40,910 nt of DNA from an uncultured bacterium (GTDB lineage Bacteria > Verrucomicrobiota > Kiritimatiellia > CAIKKV01 > CAITUY01): positions 1-40,910 of the forward strand of contig CAITUY010000109.1 in the NCBI GenBank assembly GCA_903895695.1, read 5' to 3'. The notes below the pieces were generated by a model, which saw only the letters and a list, made by a program, of their open reading frames with translations, searched no databases and had not been told where the DNA came from. Within the stretch, counting starts at the first letter, position 1, and the number at the start of each line of letters is the position of its first letter. Shown here in pieces: positions 16,512 to 26,703 of this stretch. The translations under genes were made by a program, and so were the position numbers.

Positions 16512-18605
16512 ATGACATCACCCTCTATTCGCACGGTCCATGTGATCTTCAAGACGCACCTGGACCTTGGCTTCACCGATACTGCCGCGAACGTGAAGCA
16601 CGCCTACATGACGCGGTTCATACCACAGGCGCTGGCTTTGGCGCGCGAGTTACGCACGGCGGGCGGGCCGGACCGCTTTGTGTGGACCACCGGTTCGTGG
16701 CTGGTCTACGAGTTCCTGGACCAGGCTTCCGGCGAGGCGCTGCGCCAGATGGAAGAAGGCATCGCGGCCGGGGACATCGTCTGGCACGCCCTGCCGTTCA
16801 CGGCGCACAGCGAGATGATGGACGCGGGGGTGTTCCGCTTTGGTCTAAGCCTGGCGCGCGAGCTCGACCGGCGCTTCGGTCGGGTGACCATTGCCGCGAA
16901 GATGACCGACATTCCGGGCCACACGCGCGCCATCGTGCCGCTGCTTGCCGAGGCGGGGGTGCGCTTTCTGCACATCGGGGTGAACCCGGCCTGCAAGGCG
17001 CCGGATGTCCCGGAGGCGTTCATCTGGCAGACGCCCGGCGGCGAAAGCATCCTCGTTAATTACTCCAAGTCCGGCTACGGCGACGCGCTGTCCGTGCCGG
17101 GGCTCGATGAAGCCTTGGTATTCGCGCATACCGGCGACAACAACGGCCCGCCCCCGGCGGAGGCGGTTCACCACACCTTCGCGGAGTTGCGCGCCAAGTA
17201 TCCCGGCGCCGAGGTGCGCGCGTCGACCATGGATGCCTTTGCGCGACGGCTCAACGATTTCTCGTCCGCTCTGCCGGTGGTCACCGACGAGATCGGCGAC
17301 ACCTGGATCCACGGCATGGCGACTGACCCGGCCAAGACGGCCGGCTTCCGCGCCTTGAGGCGCTGGCGGGCGGCGCGCGCGGAGCAGGCGTTCTCGCCCG
17401 ATGAGGCGGCCCGGTTCAAGCAGTTTAGCCGGGCACTGCTCTGCATCCCCGAACACACGTGGGGCAAAGATTACAAAACGTGGCTCGGCGATTATGCGAA
17501 CTATGACCGGCCGGGCTTCGAGGCAGCGCGGCAGGCGGATGTGGTCACCGCGCCGCCGCCGGCGGGGCTGGAATACACGTCCCGGTGGTCCGCGCAGATC
17601 CCGCGCCGTACCTATTCCGGTATGGAGGCCTCCTGGACTGAGCAGCGCGAGTATCTGCATGCAGCGGTCGCGGCGCTGGGCGCCGGGCAACTGGGGCAGG
17701 CCGCCGCGGCGGCTCTGGATGAACTGAAGCCGGCGCGGACGAACCACCATCTCTATCGCGCCGTCGCCGCCGGGGTTCCCTTGGTTTGCGGCGGTTTCGA
17801 GGTGGAGATTGACCCGGCGTCCGGCGCCTTGCGCCGGTTGCGTGAGCGGAGCGGGGGACACGACTGGGCCGATGCCACACACCTGCTCTGCGCGTTCTCC
17901 TACCAGACATTCTCTGAGGCGGACCATGACCGGTATCTCAAGGACTACACGGTGCGCATGGACGAGCCTTGGATCTGGCCATGGGCGCTCCAGGATCTGT
18001 CGAGGCCGGGGCTGGCCATTGCCGGCCCTCGGAGCGCGGTGCACGGGCCGGCGCGCGTGGAAGGCGTCTGGCATTTGCATGAAAGGGACGCGGACCGGCT
18101 GCTGGTGGAACTGGCCATGCCCCTGGCGGCGTGGGAGCAAGCCGGCGCGCCGCGAACGGTGACGATCGAATACCGTTTCCCGCACTCGGAACCGGTGATC
18201 GACGTGATGCTGCAATGGTTTGAGAAGCCGGCCAACCGGATGCCCGAGGCGCTATGGTTTGCCTTCCACCCGCGGGTTGCCGCGCCGGAGGCGTGGCAAC
18301 TGGACAAGATGGGGCAGTGGATTTCGCCGCTCGAAGTCATCCGCAACGGCAACCGCAACCTGCACGCCATCGATCGCGGCATTCGTTACCGCGGCAGCGA
18401 CGGGCAACTGATGATCGAGAGTCTCGATGCGCCGCTGGTGGCGCCCGGCGGGCCGCGCCTGCTGCACTTCGACAACCGCCAGCCGCCGCTCGAGCAGGGC
18501 ATGCACTTCAACCTCTATAACAACATCTGGTCCACGAATTTTCCCATGTGGTACGAGGAGGATGGCCGCTGTCGGTTCCGCCTGCGCTTCGACGGTAACG
18601 CCTAG
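16512..18605 (+). CDS. GH38-like N-terminal domain protein (DUF5054-type putative glycoside hydrolase)
   Basis: N-terminal VHVIFKTHLDLGFTD...DRFVWTTGSWLVYEFL...GDIVWHALPFTAHSEMMD parallels the GH38 N-terminal catalytic domain motifs (HSHxDxGW, RRFxWxE, GGWxMxDEA). Confidence 0.55.
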   Translation: MTSPSIRTVHVIFKTHLDLGFTDTAANVKHAYMTRFIPQALALARELRTAGGPDRFVWTTGSWLVYEFLDQASGEALRQMEEGIAAGDIVWHALPFTAHSEMMDAGVFRFGLSLARELDRRFGRVTIAAKMTDIPGHTRAIVPLLAEAGVRFLHIGVNPACKAPDVPEAFIWQTPGGESILVNYSKSGYGDALSVPGLDEALVFAHTGDNNGPPPAEAVHHTFAELRAKYPGAEVRASTMDAFARRLNDFSSALPVVTDEIGDTWIHGMATDPAKTAGFRALRRWRAARAEQAFSPDEAARFKQFSRALLCIPEHTWGKDYKTWLGDYANYDRPGFEAARQADVVTAPPPAGLEYTSRWSAQIPRRTYSGMEASWTEQREYLHAAVAALGAGQLGQAAAAALDELKPARTNHHLYRAVAAGVPLVCGGFEVEIDPASGALRRLRERSGGHDWADATHLLCAFSYQTFSEADHDRYLKDYTVRMDEPWIWPWALQDLSRPGLAIAGPRSAVHGPARVEGVWHLHERDADRLLVELAMPLAAWEQAGAPRTVTIEYRFPHSEPVIDVMLQWFEKPANRMPEALWFAFHPRVAAPEAWQLDKMGQWISPLEVIRNGNRNLHAIDRGIRYRGSDGQLMIESLDAPLVAPGGPRLLHFDNRQPPLEQGMHFNLYNNIWSTNFPMWYEEDGRCRFRLRFDGNA

Positions 18606-18700
18606 GCGCCCGGGCGACTCCGGACTTGGAGCTTTGACCGGGATTGACGGGCGTGGTGCGTGCGACTACCCTGATTGCCACATCAAGGAGAGGTCGTCTC

Positions 18701-19765
18701 ATGAATAAAGATTCCGTCGATTTTCTGCGCGAACTGGTTGCCACGGCAAGTCCTTCCGGCTACGAGTGGGGTATTCAGGCCATTTTGCGCAAGCGCATGC
18801 AGCCGTATTGCGACGAAGTCCGCTCGGACGTTCACGGAAACACGATTGGCATTGTGAACGCCGGGGCGCCGTTGCGCGTCATGCTGTCCGGTCATTGCGA
18901 CGAGATCGGGTTCATGATCATGCACATTGACGACAAGGGCTTTCTATACTTCTCGTCCGTGGGTGGTATCGACCCGGCCGTGATCGGCGGGCAGCGGGTG
19001 ACGGTGCACGCGAAGGCGGGGCCGGTGTTCGGGGTCATCGGCCGCAAGCCGATCCACCTGCTCGAGCCCGACGAGCGCGGCAAGCCGCTCAAGATCCACG
19101 AATCGTTTATCGACATCGGCGTGCGGAAGAAGAAGGAAGCCGAGAAATTCGTGGAAGTCGGCGACTACGCGACCATCGACGTGGGGCTGCGCGAGATGCA
19201 GAACGACCTGGTGGCGGGTCGCGGCTTCGACGACCGGGCCGGCGCATTCGTGGTGGCTGAGACCCTGCGGCGGCTCGAGGGCAAGAAGCTCAAGGTCGCC
19301 GTTTACGGCGTCACCAGCGTTCAGGAAGAGATCGGCCTGCGCGGCGCCCACACGAGCGCCTACGGCATCGACCCGCACGTCGGGATTGCCATCGACGTCG
19401 GGTTCGCGTCCGACTTCCCCGGATGCGATCCGAAACGGACGGGCGAATGCTCCCTCGGGAAAGGGCCGACGCTTCATCGCGGGCCGAACATCAACCCGGT
19501 GCTGGGGCGCCTGATGGAAGAAAGCGCCAAGAAACGGAAGATTCCTTTCCAGATTACGGGCGAGCCGCGCGCGACCGGCACCGACGCGAACGCGATGCAG
19601 CTCACCCGCGCTGGCGTGGCCACCGCCCTGCTCAGCGTGCCGAACCGTTACATGCACACCCCGGTCGAGGTGATTTCGCTGGAAGATCTCGACAACAGTT
19701 CGCGGCTGCTCGCGGATTTCCTGGTCGAGTTGAAGCCCGACCAGACGTTCGTGCCCGGGACGTGA
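18701..19765 (+). CDS. M42-family metallopeptidase (FrvX/YsdC-like aminopeptidase)
   Basis: AAGGAGAGG RBS. M42 motifs MLSGHCDEIGF, GRGFDDRAG, SVQEEIGLRGA. Confidence 0.85.
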   Translation: MNKDSVDFLRELVATASPSGYEWGIQAILRKRMQPYCDEVRSDVHGNTIGIVNAGAPLRVMLSGHCDEIGFMIMHIDDKGFLYFSSVGGIDPAVIGGQRVTVHAKAGPVFGVIGRKPIHLLEPDERGKPLKIHESFIDIGVRKKKEAEKFVEVGDYATIDVGLREMQNDLVAGRGFDDRAGAFVVAETLRRLEGKKLKVAVYGVTSVQEEIGLRGAHTSAYGIDPHVGIAIDVGFASDFPGCDPKRTGECSLGKGPTLHRGPNINPVLGRLMEESAKKRKIPFQITGEPRATGTDANAMQLTRAGVATALLSVPNRYMHTPVEVISLEDLDNSSRLLADFLVELKPDQTFVPGT

Positions 19766-19768
19766 ACG

Positions 19769-20623
19769 ATGGGGTTCGGTCCTGCCTATAAAGTGGCGAC
19801 GGTCTACGGGATTCCGATCCGTCTTCACATCAGCTTGGTGTTGCTCCTGCCCCTGCTGGTGTGGGCGTATGGTCCGGTGCGCGGCCTCATCTATGGGGTT
19901 TGCCTGCTGCTGAGCATCGTGCTGCACGAGTTGGGGCATTCGGTCGTGGCCATTCGCAAGGGCTGCCGCGTGCGGCAGATTCTGCTGTTGCCGATCGGGG
20001 GCGCCGCCCAGATGGAGAGCATCCCCAGGCGTCCTTGGGACGAACTGCAGATGGCGCTGGCCGGGCCGGCCGTGAGTGCGACGCTGTTCGCGCTGCTGTT
20101 CTACGGCGGCGCTCACCTGCCGCTCCGGCGCAGCGGACCCTTTCTCGGCACCTTGTTCAACGGCGTCCAGGAACTCGGCCTCGTCAACCTGGTGCTGGCG
20201 GTTTTCAACCTGCTGCCGGCGTTCCCCATGGACGGCGGTCGCGTGCTGCGCGCGTTGCTCGCGCGGCGGCTGGGACGGCTGAGGGCCACGAAGATTGCCG
20301 CGCGGATCGGCCGGGTGATTGCGGTGCTGATGCTCGTGTGGAGCGTCTACCTGTGGTATCTGGGCGTCGGGTTCAACATGCTCGGCGTGGTGGCCGTGTT
20401 CATTTTCTGGGCGGCCGGGGCCGAGTACCGGGCCGTGCGCTACCAGGAATGGCAGCGCCTGCAGGAGTGGGGCGACTGGTCGTGGAGCGAAGACGAATCG
20501 GTGGATAACACCGTCCGGATTTCCCCGCCCGCCTACCGGCAGGGCCCGCCCGACGAAGCGCCCTTGCATCCCAATTTTCGTCCGCGGCGTTTTCCGGGAG
20601 GCTGGTTCCGCTGGCGCCGGTAA
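19769..20623 (+). CDS. M50-family site-2 protease-like zinc metallopeptidase
   Basis: HELGH zinc motif within a TM helix and LLPAFPMDGG motif. Multi-pass membrane protein. Confidence 0.7.
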   Translation: MGFGPAYKVATVYGIPIRLHISLVLLLPLLVWAYGPVRGLIYGVCLLLSIVLHELGHSVVAIRKGCRVRQILLLPIGGAAQMESIPRRPWDELQMALAGPAVSATLFALLFYGGAHLPLRRSGPFLGTLFNGVQELGLVNLVLAVFNLLPAFPMDGGRVLRALLARRLGRLRATKIAARIGRVIAVLMLVWSVYLWYLGVGFNMLGVVAVFIFWAAGAEYRAVRYQEWQRLQEWGDWSWSEDESVDNTVRISPPAYRQGPPDEAPLHPNFRPRRFPGGWFRWRR

Positions 20624-20632
20624 GCGTCCCGC

Positions 20633-21289
20633 TCAGCCCTCGAGCGTGGTGAAGCCTTCCCGGATCGCGAATTTCGTGAGCGACGCCACGTTGTGGGCGC
20701 CGACCTTCCGCATGATATGCGTACGGTGCGTTTCCACCGTCTTCACGCTGACGTGCAAGTCCGTGGCGATATCCTTGGTGCTCTTGCCTTCCGCGATCAG
20801 TTGCAGGATTTCCTCCTCGCGGCTGGTCAACTCGATCTTCTGCGGTTTGCTGCGCGTGGGCTTGGTATGGCGGACGAACTCCTGCAGGACGCTGCCCGCG
20901 ATACGAGGGCTGATATAGAGTCCGCCCGAGGCCACCGTCCGGATGGCGTTCGAAAGCTCGGAAAAGGCGCAGTCCTTGAGCAGGTAGCCGCTGGCGCCCG
21001 CCTCAAGCATGCCGGTGACGAAGCGGCGGTCCGAGTGCATGGACAGCGCCAGGATTTTGAGCCGGGGCTGGCTTTCGCGCAGGCGGCGGGCGGCCGCGAT
21101 GCCGTTAAGGTCCGGCATGGCGACATCCATGACCATCACATCCGGCGAATGCTGGGTGGCCAAGCTGATGGCTTCGTTGCCGTTGGTGCCTTCGCCCACG
21201 ACTTTCATGTCCGGCTGCTTCTCGAGCAGCGACCGCAGGCCTTCGCGGATGATCTGGTGATCGTCACACAGCACGATTCGGATGCTCAT
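20633..21289 (-). CDS. NarL/FixJ-family response regulator (REC + LuxR-type HTH)
   Basis: REC domain (VLCDDHQIIREGL...VMVMDVAMPDLNG...KILALSMH). LuxR HTH (LTSREEEILQLIAEGKSTKDIATDLHVSVKTVETHRTHIMRKVG). Confidence 0.9.
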   Translation of the reverse strand: MSIRIVLCDDHQIIREGLRSLLEKQPDMKVVGEGTNGNEAISLATQHSPDVMVMDVAMPDLNGIAAARRLRESQPRLKILALSMHSDRRFVTGMLEAGASGYLLKDCAFSELSNAIRTVASGGLYISPRIAGSVLQEFVRHTKPTRSKPQKIELTSREEEILQLIAEGKSTKDIATDLHVSVKTVETHRTHIMRKVGAHNVASLTKFAIREGFTTLEG

Positions 21290-24008
21290 GGGGTGCCTCC
21301 TCTTCCTGCCTTGCCGCCGCTTTCACAGGGGCCGCGAGCGTGATGCGCGTGCCCTTGCCCGGTTGGCTCCAGATCGTCATTGCGCCGCCGATCAGTTGCA
21401 GACGTTCCTGGATGTTGAACAGTCCCAGACCCTTCCGGCCAAGCCCCCGTAACTGCGCGGGGTCAAAGCCGGCTCCATCGTCCTCGACGACGATTTCAAG
21501 ATGCTCTCGCGTGAGGCGAATGTCAACGGCGATTGCAGTGGCCCGGGCGTGCTTGATCGTGTTGAGGAGTAATTCGCGGACCGATTGGAAGAGCGTCACG
21601 CGTTCGGCAATGTCGGCCAGCTCGGGGGCGTCCTTGGTGGTCACGCGGATCGTTACGCCATGCTGATCGCCCAGTTGTTCCGCGAGCCACTCGACCGCCG
21701 CCGACAGCCCGATCTCATGCAGGACGGGCGGGCTGAGCTGGAAGGTCAGGGACCGCGTGTCGCGGATGGCCTCTTCGATCAGGCGCACAACGGGTTGGAG
21801 TTGCCGTTTGACGGGAGACTCCGCGGCGGCTTTCACCCCTTCCAGCTTCATCTTGCAGAGGACAAGTGTTTGCCCCAGCCCATCGTGCAGGCTGACGGCA
21901 ATCCGGCGGCGCTCCTGTTCGCCGGCCACCGCCATCTCGCCCGCGAGGTGCCGAAGCTGATGCTGGTAGTGGGCCATCTGCTCTTCGGCGGCCTTGCGCG
22001 CCGTGATGTCGTTAAAGATCGTGGCGATACGGCCTTTGCGCGGACTGAAGAACGACAGGAAGAGGTGTTTCTTCCCGAACGGGACGTAGGATTCGATCGA
22101 GGTCGGCGGCTGGCCGCGGTCCAGCGCCGTGTAGATGTCCAGGAACATCGGCCTGCCGTCAGGAACGAACTCGGATGCGCGTTTGCCGACGACCTCGGTG
22201 GCCTTCGCGCCGAAGATGGCCTCGGCGGCCGGATTCATGGCGGTCACCAGGGCATCGAAGGGTACCCCGCCTTGATCGTAGATCAGATCGTGGAGCACGC
22301 AACCCTCGCTCATGGACTCGAACAGTTGGCGGTACTTCTGTTCGCTTTCCTGCACGGCGGCCATCATGAGCCGGCGCTCCGTCACGTCCCGCGACAGGCC
22401 CATCACGGCCGTTACGTGACCCGCGGCATCCTTGATCGGGATGAGGCGGGTATCAATCCACACGGGGTGGTCAGAATCGAGCACGTCCGGAACTTCCGCG
22501 ATAAACGACTGCCCTGTCTCCGCCACTTGCCGGATTGCCCGGGCATGGCGCTCGGCCACATCCGGTGTGAACAAGTCCTGTTGTCGCTTGCCGATCATCT
22601 GGTCGGGCGTCAGCTCAAACTGCCTGGCCGCGATCGCGTTGGCATAGAGCACGGTGCCGTCAGGCGTGACCAGGTACATCATGTCGGGAATCGAGTCGGC
22701 CAGCAGACGGTATCGCAACTCGGTCTGCCGGAGGTTCGCTTCGGCCCGGCGGTGATCGGTGAGGTCGTGAAAGGTTGCGAGCAGGTGCGGCGTGCCGTTG
22801 CGTATGAAACGCGTGAACGTGGCATCGAGCCACGTTTCGCGACCGAACGAACTGCGCCCGTGGACGACGTCGGCCCGGGGCTCACCCGTGACCAGGGTTT
22901 CCATGGCCAGCTTGAGCATGCCCGACTCGCGCCAGGAGGCCAGCCGGTGGATGTTCTGGCCGAGAATCTGGTCGACCCGGGCATTGACAATGTGGCCCAT
23001 GGCGGGGTTGGCCGACACGCATTGTCCGGTGGCATCGTAGGTCGCGATCCCCACGGGTGCGGCCGCAATAATCGTCTCGTTCACGGCGGCCAGTTCGGTG
23101 ATCCGGGCTTCGGCTTCGTGCTGTGCCGTTACATCCGTGAGCAGGCATTGCAGGTGGGTGGCGGGAGCGCCGGACGGTGAGGGGATGGCGACTACGTCGT
23201 CGTGCACCCAGCGCACGGCGCCGGCCTGCGTCACCAGTCGGTGCGTAATGGCGAACTGCCGGTGCCCCGCCTCGATGTGGTCCTGAATCTCGGCAAGCAC
23301 CCGGGAGCGGTCCTCCGGCAGCATGATATCCTGCCAGCGTACCCGGCCGGCCGTCAGGTCCTCCGCCGAATACCCGAACTGCCGGACGCTATCCGAAACG
23401 TACTCGATCGTACTGCCCGACGGCGTCCACGCGATGATCGCGGCCACGACGGGGCTTCGATCCACGATGTCCTTGAGTTGGCGCAAGCCGGCCAGCGCAC
23501 GGTCCATGGCTGTCTGCTGTTCGTGCGCGTCGGTGACGTCGCGGGCAATGCCGACGAAGCGTGTGACCGCGCCATCGGGGTCGCGGGTGAAGTCGCAGAA
23601 TCCCTGCAATCGGCGTACCGAACCGCCGGGCCGGATGAACCGGTGGGTGTACTCGGCGGGCTGCAGGGTGGCGCGCACTTTCGCCATGGTGTTGGCGATG
23701 ACGGTGCCGTCCTCCGGCGGCGTGCAAGCGGAGATATTCGCGTAGGTCAGGGGAAACGAGTCGCGCGAACGTCCGTAGATGCGGTACATCTCTTCAGACC
23801 ACACGGCGGTCTCGGTGGCAGGATCGTACTCCCAGCTTCCAATGCCGGCGAGGCGTTGGGACTCCCTGAGATGGCGTTCGCTGATCTGCAAGCGTTGCTC
23901 GACGACCTGACGTTTCACGATCTCCTGCTGCAGGCGGTCGTTCAGGCTGGCGAGGTCGTCGGCGCGGTTGCGCCCGGGCTTTGTGGATTCTGGGTCCGAA
24001 TGGGGCAT
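21264..24008 (-). CDS. multi-PAS sensor histidine kinase (HisKA_3 + HATPase_c)
   Basis: 914 aa. Several PAS/PAC repeats. HisKA_3 H-box ERRRIAVSLHDGLGQTL. C-terminal ATPase (GLGLFNIQERLQLIGG). 26-nt overlap with the response regulator. Confidence 0.85.
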   Translation of the reverse strand: MPHSDPESTKPGRNRADDLASLNDRLQQEIVKRQVVEQRLQISERHLRESQRLAGIGSWEYDPATETAVWSEEMYRIYGRSRDSFPLTYANISACTPPEDGTVIANTMAKVRATLQPAEYTHRFIRPGGSVRRLQGFCDFTRDPDGAVTRFVGIARDVTDAHEQQTAMDRALAGLRQLKDIVDRSPVVAAIIAWTPSGSTIEYVSDSVRQFGYSAEDLTAGRVRWQDIMLPEDRSRVLAEIQDHIEAGHRQFAITHRLVTQAGAVRWVHDDVVAIPSPSGAPATHLQCLLTDVTAQHEAEARITELAAVNETIIAAAPVGIATYDATGQCVSANPAMGHIVNARVDQILGQNIHRLASWRESGMLKLAMETLVTGEPRADVVHGRSSFGRETWLDATFTRFIRNGTPHLLATFHDLTDHRRAEANLRQTELRYRLLADSIPDMMYLVTPDGTVLYANAIAARQFELTPDQMIGKRQQDLFTPDVAERHARAIRQVAETGQSFIAEVPDVLDSDHPVWIDTRLIPIKDAAGHVTAVMGLSRDVTERRLMMAAVQESEQKYRQLFESMSEGCVLHDLIYDQGGVPFDALVTAMNPAAEAIFGAKATEVVGKRASEFVPDGRPMFLDIYTALDRGQPPTSIESYVPFGKKHLFLSFFSPRKGRIATIFNDITARKAAEEQMAHYQHQLRHLAGEMAVAGEQERRRIAVSLHDGLGQTLVLCKMKLEGVKAAAESPVKRQLQPVVRLIEEAIRDTRSLTFQLSPPVLHEIGLSAAVEWLAEQLGDQHGVTIRVTTKDAPELADIAERVTLFQSVRELLLNTIKHARATAIAVDIRLTREHLEIVVEDDGAGFDPAQLRGLGRKGLGLFNIQERLQLIGGAMTIWSQPGKGTRITLAAPVKAAARQEEEAPHEHPNRAV

Positions 24009-24139
24009 GATCGACTCCGGTGTGACGAGAGCATGCCGCGGCGGAAAAGCCGTGTCAAGGGACCTTCACGTTTGATCCCGGTGCCGCGTTCTGTTACGGT
24101 CCGTTCCACATGCGGCCGTGAGCCGCGGGAGGTCTCCAC

Positions 24140-24661
24140 ATGAGTGTCAGAGCATTGAAGGCGGCGGTGCGCGACGTGCCCGACTTTCCCAAGCCCGGCA
24201 TCCTGTTCAAGGATATCACGCCGATTCTCAAGGACCCCGCCCTCTTCCACGAGGCGATCGGGCTCTTTGCCCGACGGCACCGGGGGAAGGGAATCCGCAA
24301 GGTCGCCGTGATCGACGCGCGCGGATTTCTCTTCGGCTCGGCCCTGGCCTACACGCTCAAGGCCGGGTTGGTCCCGATTCGCAAGAAGGGGAAGCTGCCG
24401 TACCGGACGTTCGAGGCCACCTACGATCTTGAATACGGGTCCGCGACCCTTTCAATCCACACCGACGCGTTCGAGCCGGGCGAGCCGGTGTTGCTGTTGG
24501 ATGATCTGCTGGCCACGGGCGGCACGGCCCTGGCGTCAGCGGAGTTGATTGAGCGCGCCGGCGGCCGCGTGGTTGAACTGGACTTCCTGATCGAGCTGTC
24601 GTTTCTCAAGGGTCGCGAGAAACTGGCCCGGTACCCGATATTCGCGCCGATCCGGTTTTGA
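24140..24661 (+). CDS. apt: adenine phosphoribosyltransferase
   Basis: PRPP-binding motif VLLLDDLLATGGT and an N-terminal sequence typical of APRT. GGGAGG RBS. Confidence 0.85.
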   Translation: MSVRALKAAVRDVPDFPKPGILFKDITPILKDPALFHEAIGLFARRHRGKGIRKVAVIDARGFLFGSALAYTLKAGLVPIRKKGKLPYRTFEATYDLEYGSATLSIHTDAFEPGEPVLLLDDLLATGGTALASAELIERAGGRVVELDFLIELSFLKGREKLARYPIFAPIRF

Positions 24662-24668
24662 CCGGCCG

Positions 24669-25694
24669 TCAGTGCGCCTGCAGCAGCGCCAGCAGGCGCT
24701 GGTCCAGGGCGTGTCCGTGCCAGTCCTGGTACGCGACGTCCTTGCGGCCGGAATCCAACAGGCCGAAGGTCCCGCGAAAGTTCCAGAGCGCGAAGCCGAT
24801 GCCGTGGCCGCCGAGGATTTCCAGCACGTCCCGGAACCAGGCCAAAAAAACGGTATGCGGCGTTTCGCTGTAACAGCCGCCTTCGCCGCAGTGAACGCCG
24901 ATGCCCTGGGCGAACAGTTGCGCCCATGCGGCGTAGTGGGCCTCCAGGCGGGCACGGTCCCAGACTTGGCCAAAGTGGTCACCGCCCGGCCATTGCGGCG
25001 TCGGGAAGCGTTCGCCCCCGACCCACGGCGCCTTGTAATGGCTGATGCCCATCGGCAGGTAGGCCCGACAGCTTTGAGCGATGCCGAGATCCGCCAGCTC
25101 GGGAATCGGGTCGTTGCCCCAGCTCAGGCCGTCGGCGATGATCAGGCGAGTCGGGTCTGCTTCCCGGATGGCGCCGGTCAGCGCGCGAATGACGCGTTCG
25201 TGCTGGACGCGGGTCATGGCCTCGCAGGGCGCGAGCGGTTCGTTAAGCAGGTCGAAGCTGAGCCGCGTGGAAGGAATGGCGCGGTACCGTTGCGCGAAGG
25301 TGCGCCAGTGGTGGCAACAGGCCGCCAGCGCGTCGGCATCCTGCCAGAGACTGCGGGGCTCGGGCGGCGGATTCACGCAATAGCCCGGCGCTCGATGCAG
25401 ATTCAGGCAGACATGGATGCCGTGGCGTCGCCCGAGTTCCACGGCGGCATCCACCTGCGCCAGGACCGGCTCGTCCATTTCCAACCATCGTTCGGGACCG
25501 GACCAGCAGTGGTAGGACATGGGCAGGCGTACAAAATCGAACCCCCAGTCGGCAATCCACTGGAAGTCGGTCTCGCGGAACGGCGGGTTGCCCCGTTTGC
25601 CTGCGGCGTTCTTGGCCGAGGTGTCGGCCGAGAACTTTTCCAGGAGGTTGAAACCGCGCCAGCGCGGCAGGACATTTTTCGGAGTCGTCGTCAT
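24669..25694 (-). CDS. glycoside hydrolase family 5 protein
   Basis: FDLLNEP (GH5 acid/base NEP motif) and HVCLNLH. Start MTTTPKNV with GAGG RBS. Confidence 0.7.
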   Translation of the reverse strand: MTTTPKNVLPRWRGFNLLEKFSADTSAKNAAGKRGNPPFRETDFQWIADWGFDFVRLPMSYHCWSGPERWLEMDEPVLAQVDAAVELGRRHGIHVCLNLHRAPGYCVNPPPEPRSLWQDADALAACCHHWRTFAQRYRAIPSTRLSFDLLNEPLAPCEAMTRVQHERVIRALTGAIREADPTRLIIADGLSWGNDPIPELADLGIAQSCRAYLPMGISHYKAPWVGGERFPTPQWPGGDHFGQVWDRARLEAHYAAWAQLFAQGIGVHCGEGGCYSETPHTVFLAWFRDVLEILGGHGIGFALWNFRGTFGLLDSGRKDVAYQDWHGHALDQRLLALLQAH

Positions 25695-25701
25695 GGTTGC
25701 C

Positions 25702-26703
25702 TCAACGTCGATAGGGCATCGGTTCGCACAACGCCCTGATGTTTGCTTCAGGAGTACCTGGAGGTATTTCGCAGCCGGCATTCACCATGAACGGGTTTCC
25801 CACGTCCTCGTACGTCCGGCGCACGGCGGCCTTGATGTCGGCAGGCGTGCCCCTCTGGACGACGGCGACCGGGTCCATGTTGCCCGCCAGGGTCACCCGG
25901 GCGCCTACGATCTTGCGCACAGTTGCCATTGAAACCAGGTGATCCACGTCGAGGATGTCCACGCCCAGATCCGCAATGCCGGGAAGCAGATGGGTGATGT
26001 TGCCGCAGATGTGCAGCCTCACCCGGGCGCCCATGGCCCGGATCGCGGCGATCAGGCGTTTTTCCCGGGGCTGGATCAGTGTCTCGTAGGTGCGGGGATC
26101 GATCTGGCTGGCAATGGCATCGCCGACGCCGACGGTATCCGCGCCCGCCGCCACCTGGGCGCGCGCGAACGCGATTCCGACTTCCACGCAGACGTCCATC
26201 AAGTCGGCCGCATAGCCCGGGTCATCCATCAGGTCCAGCAGGAAAGAGGTCACGTCGCGCAGGTCGGCGGCCTCCGCCGCAGGGCCCTCGATCCAGCCAA
26301 GGATCGAGTACTCGCCCCGGAACCCGGCCCGGTAGGCTTCGACGGCTTGGACGCGATCCCGCATGCGCTCCGACTGCCTGGGGTCCGGCTTCAGGAGGCG
26401 GGACAGATCCCGGTCGTGCTGGAGCGGGTGGGTGCTGTGGGGCGGGCCGTCCTTGACATATTCAACCGTGGACCCAAACCCCTGCGTTTCCCGATAGGAA
26501 TCTGAAATCGTGCTCAGTTGATCGAAGCCGAAGCGCCGCGCGCACTCCACGTTGGCCCGGGCCAACACCCGGTAATCGGAGGCGAACGCGGCATAGTCCG
26601 AGCCGATGGCCTCGGCCGCATACTGCATCACGATCGGGATCCTCGGAACGTAATCCACGGGGCGTCCCTCGAGGACGCCCTTATAGCGTTCATATCCATT
26701 CAT
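25702..26703 (-). CDS. uroporphyrinogen decarboxylase (URO-D)-like family protein
   Basis: 333 aa URO-D/MtaA-like (RLHICGNITHLLPGIADLGVDILDVDH). 4-nt overlap with the upstream MFS gene. Followed by GH5. Confidence 0.7.
   Translation of the reverse strand: MNGYERYKGVLEGRPVDYVPRIPIVMQYAAEAIGSDYAAFASDYRVLARANVECARRFGFDQLSTISDSYRETQGFGSTVEYVKDGPPHSTHPLQHDRDLSRLLKPDPRQSERMRDRVQAVEAYRAGFRGEYSILGWIEGPAAEAADLRDVTSFLLDLMDDPGYAADLMDVCVEVGIAFARAQVAAGADTVGVGDAIASQIDPRTYETLIQPREKRLIAAIRAMGARVRLHICGNITHLLPGIADLGVDILDVDHLVSMATVRKIVGARVTLAGNMDPVAVVQRGTPADIKAAVRRTYEDVGNPFMVNAGCEIPPGTPEANIRALCEPMPYRR

Noticed and set aside
16845-18215. 456-aa minus-strand ORF and 15628..16521 minus ORF
   Set aside because: Antisense to the GH38-like and URO-D-like genes. 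No recognizable domains. High-GC shadow ORFs.
18944-20569. 541-aa minus-strand ORF
   Set aside because: Antisense to the M42 and M50 peptidase genes, both of which have catalytic motifs.
21585-23180. 531-aa plus-strand ORF, plus 24672..25739 plus ORF and 32187..34232 minus ORF
   Set aside because: Each lies antisense to a gene with strong family signatures (histidine kinase, GH5, rpiB-glyA). Compositionally low-complexity.
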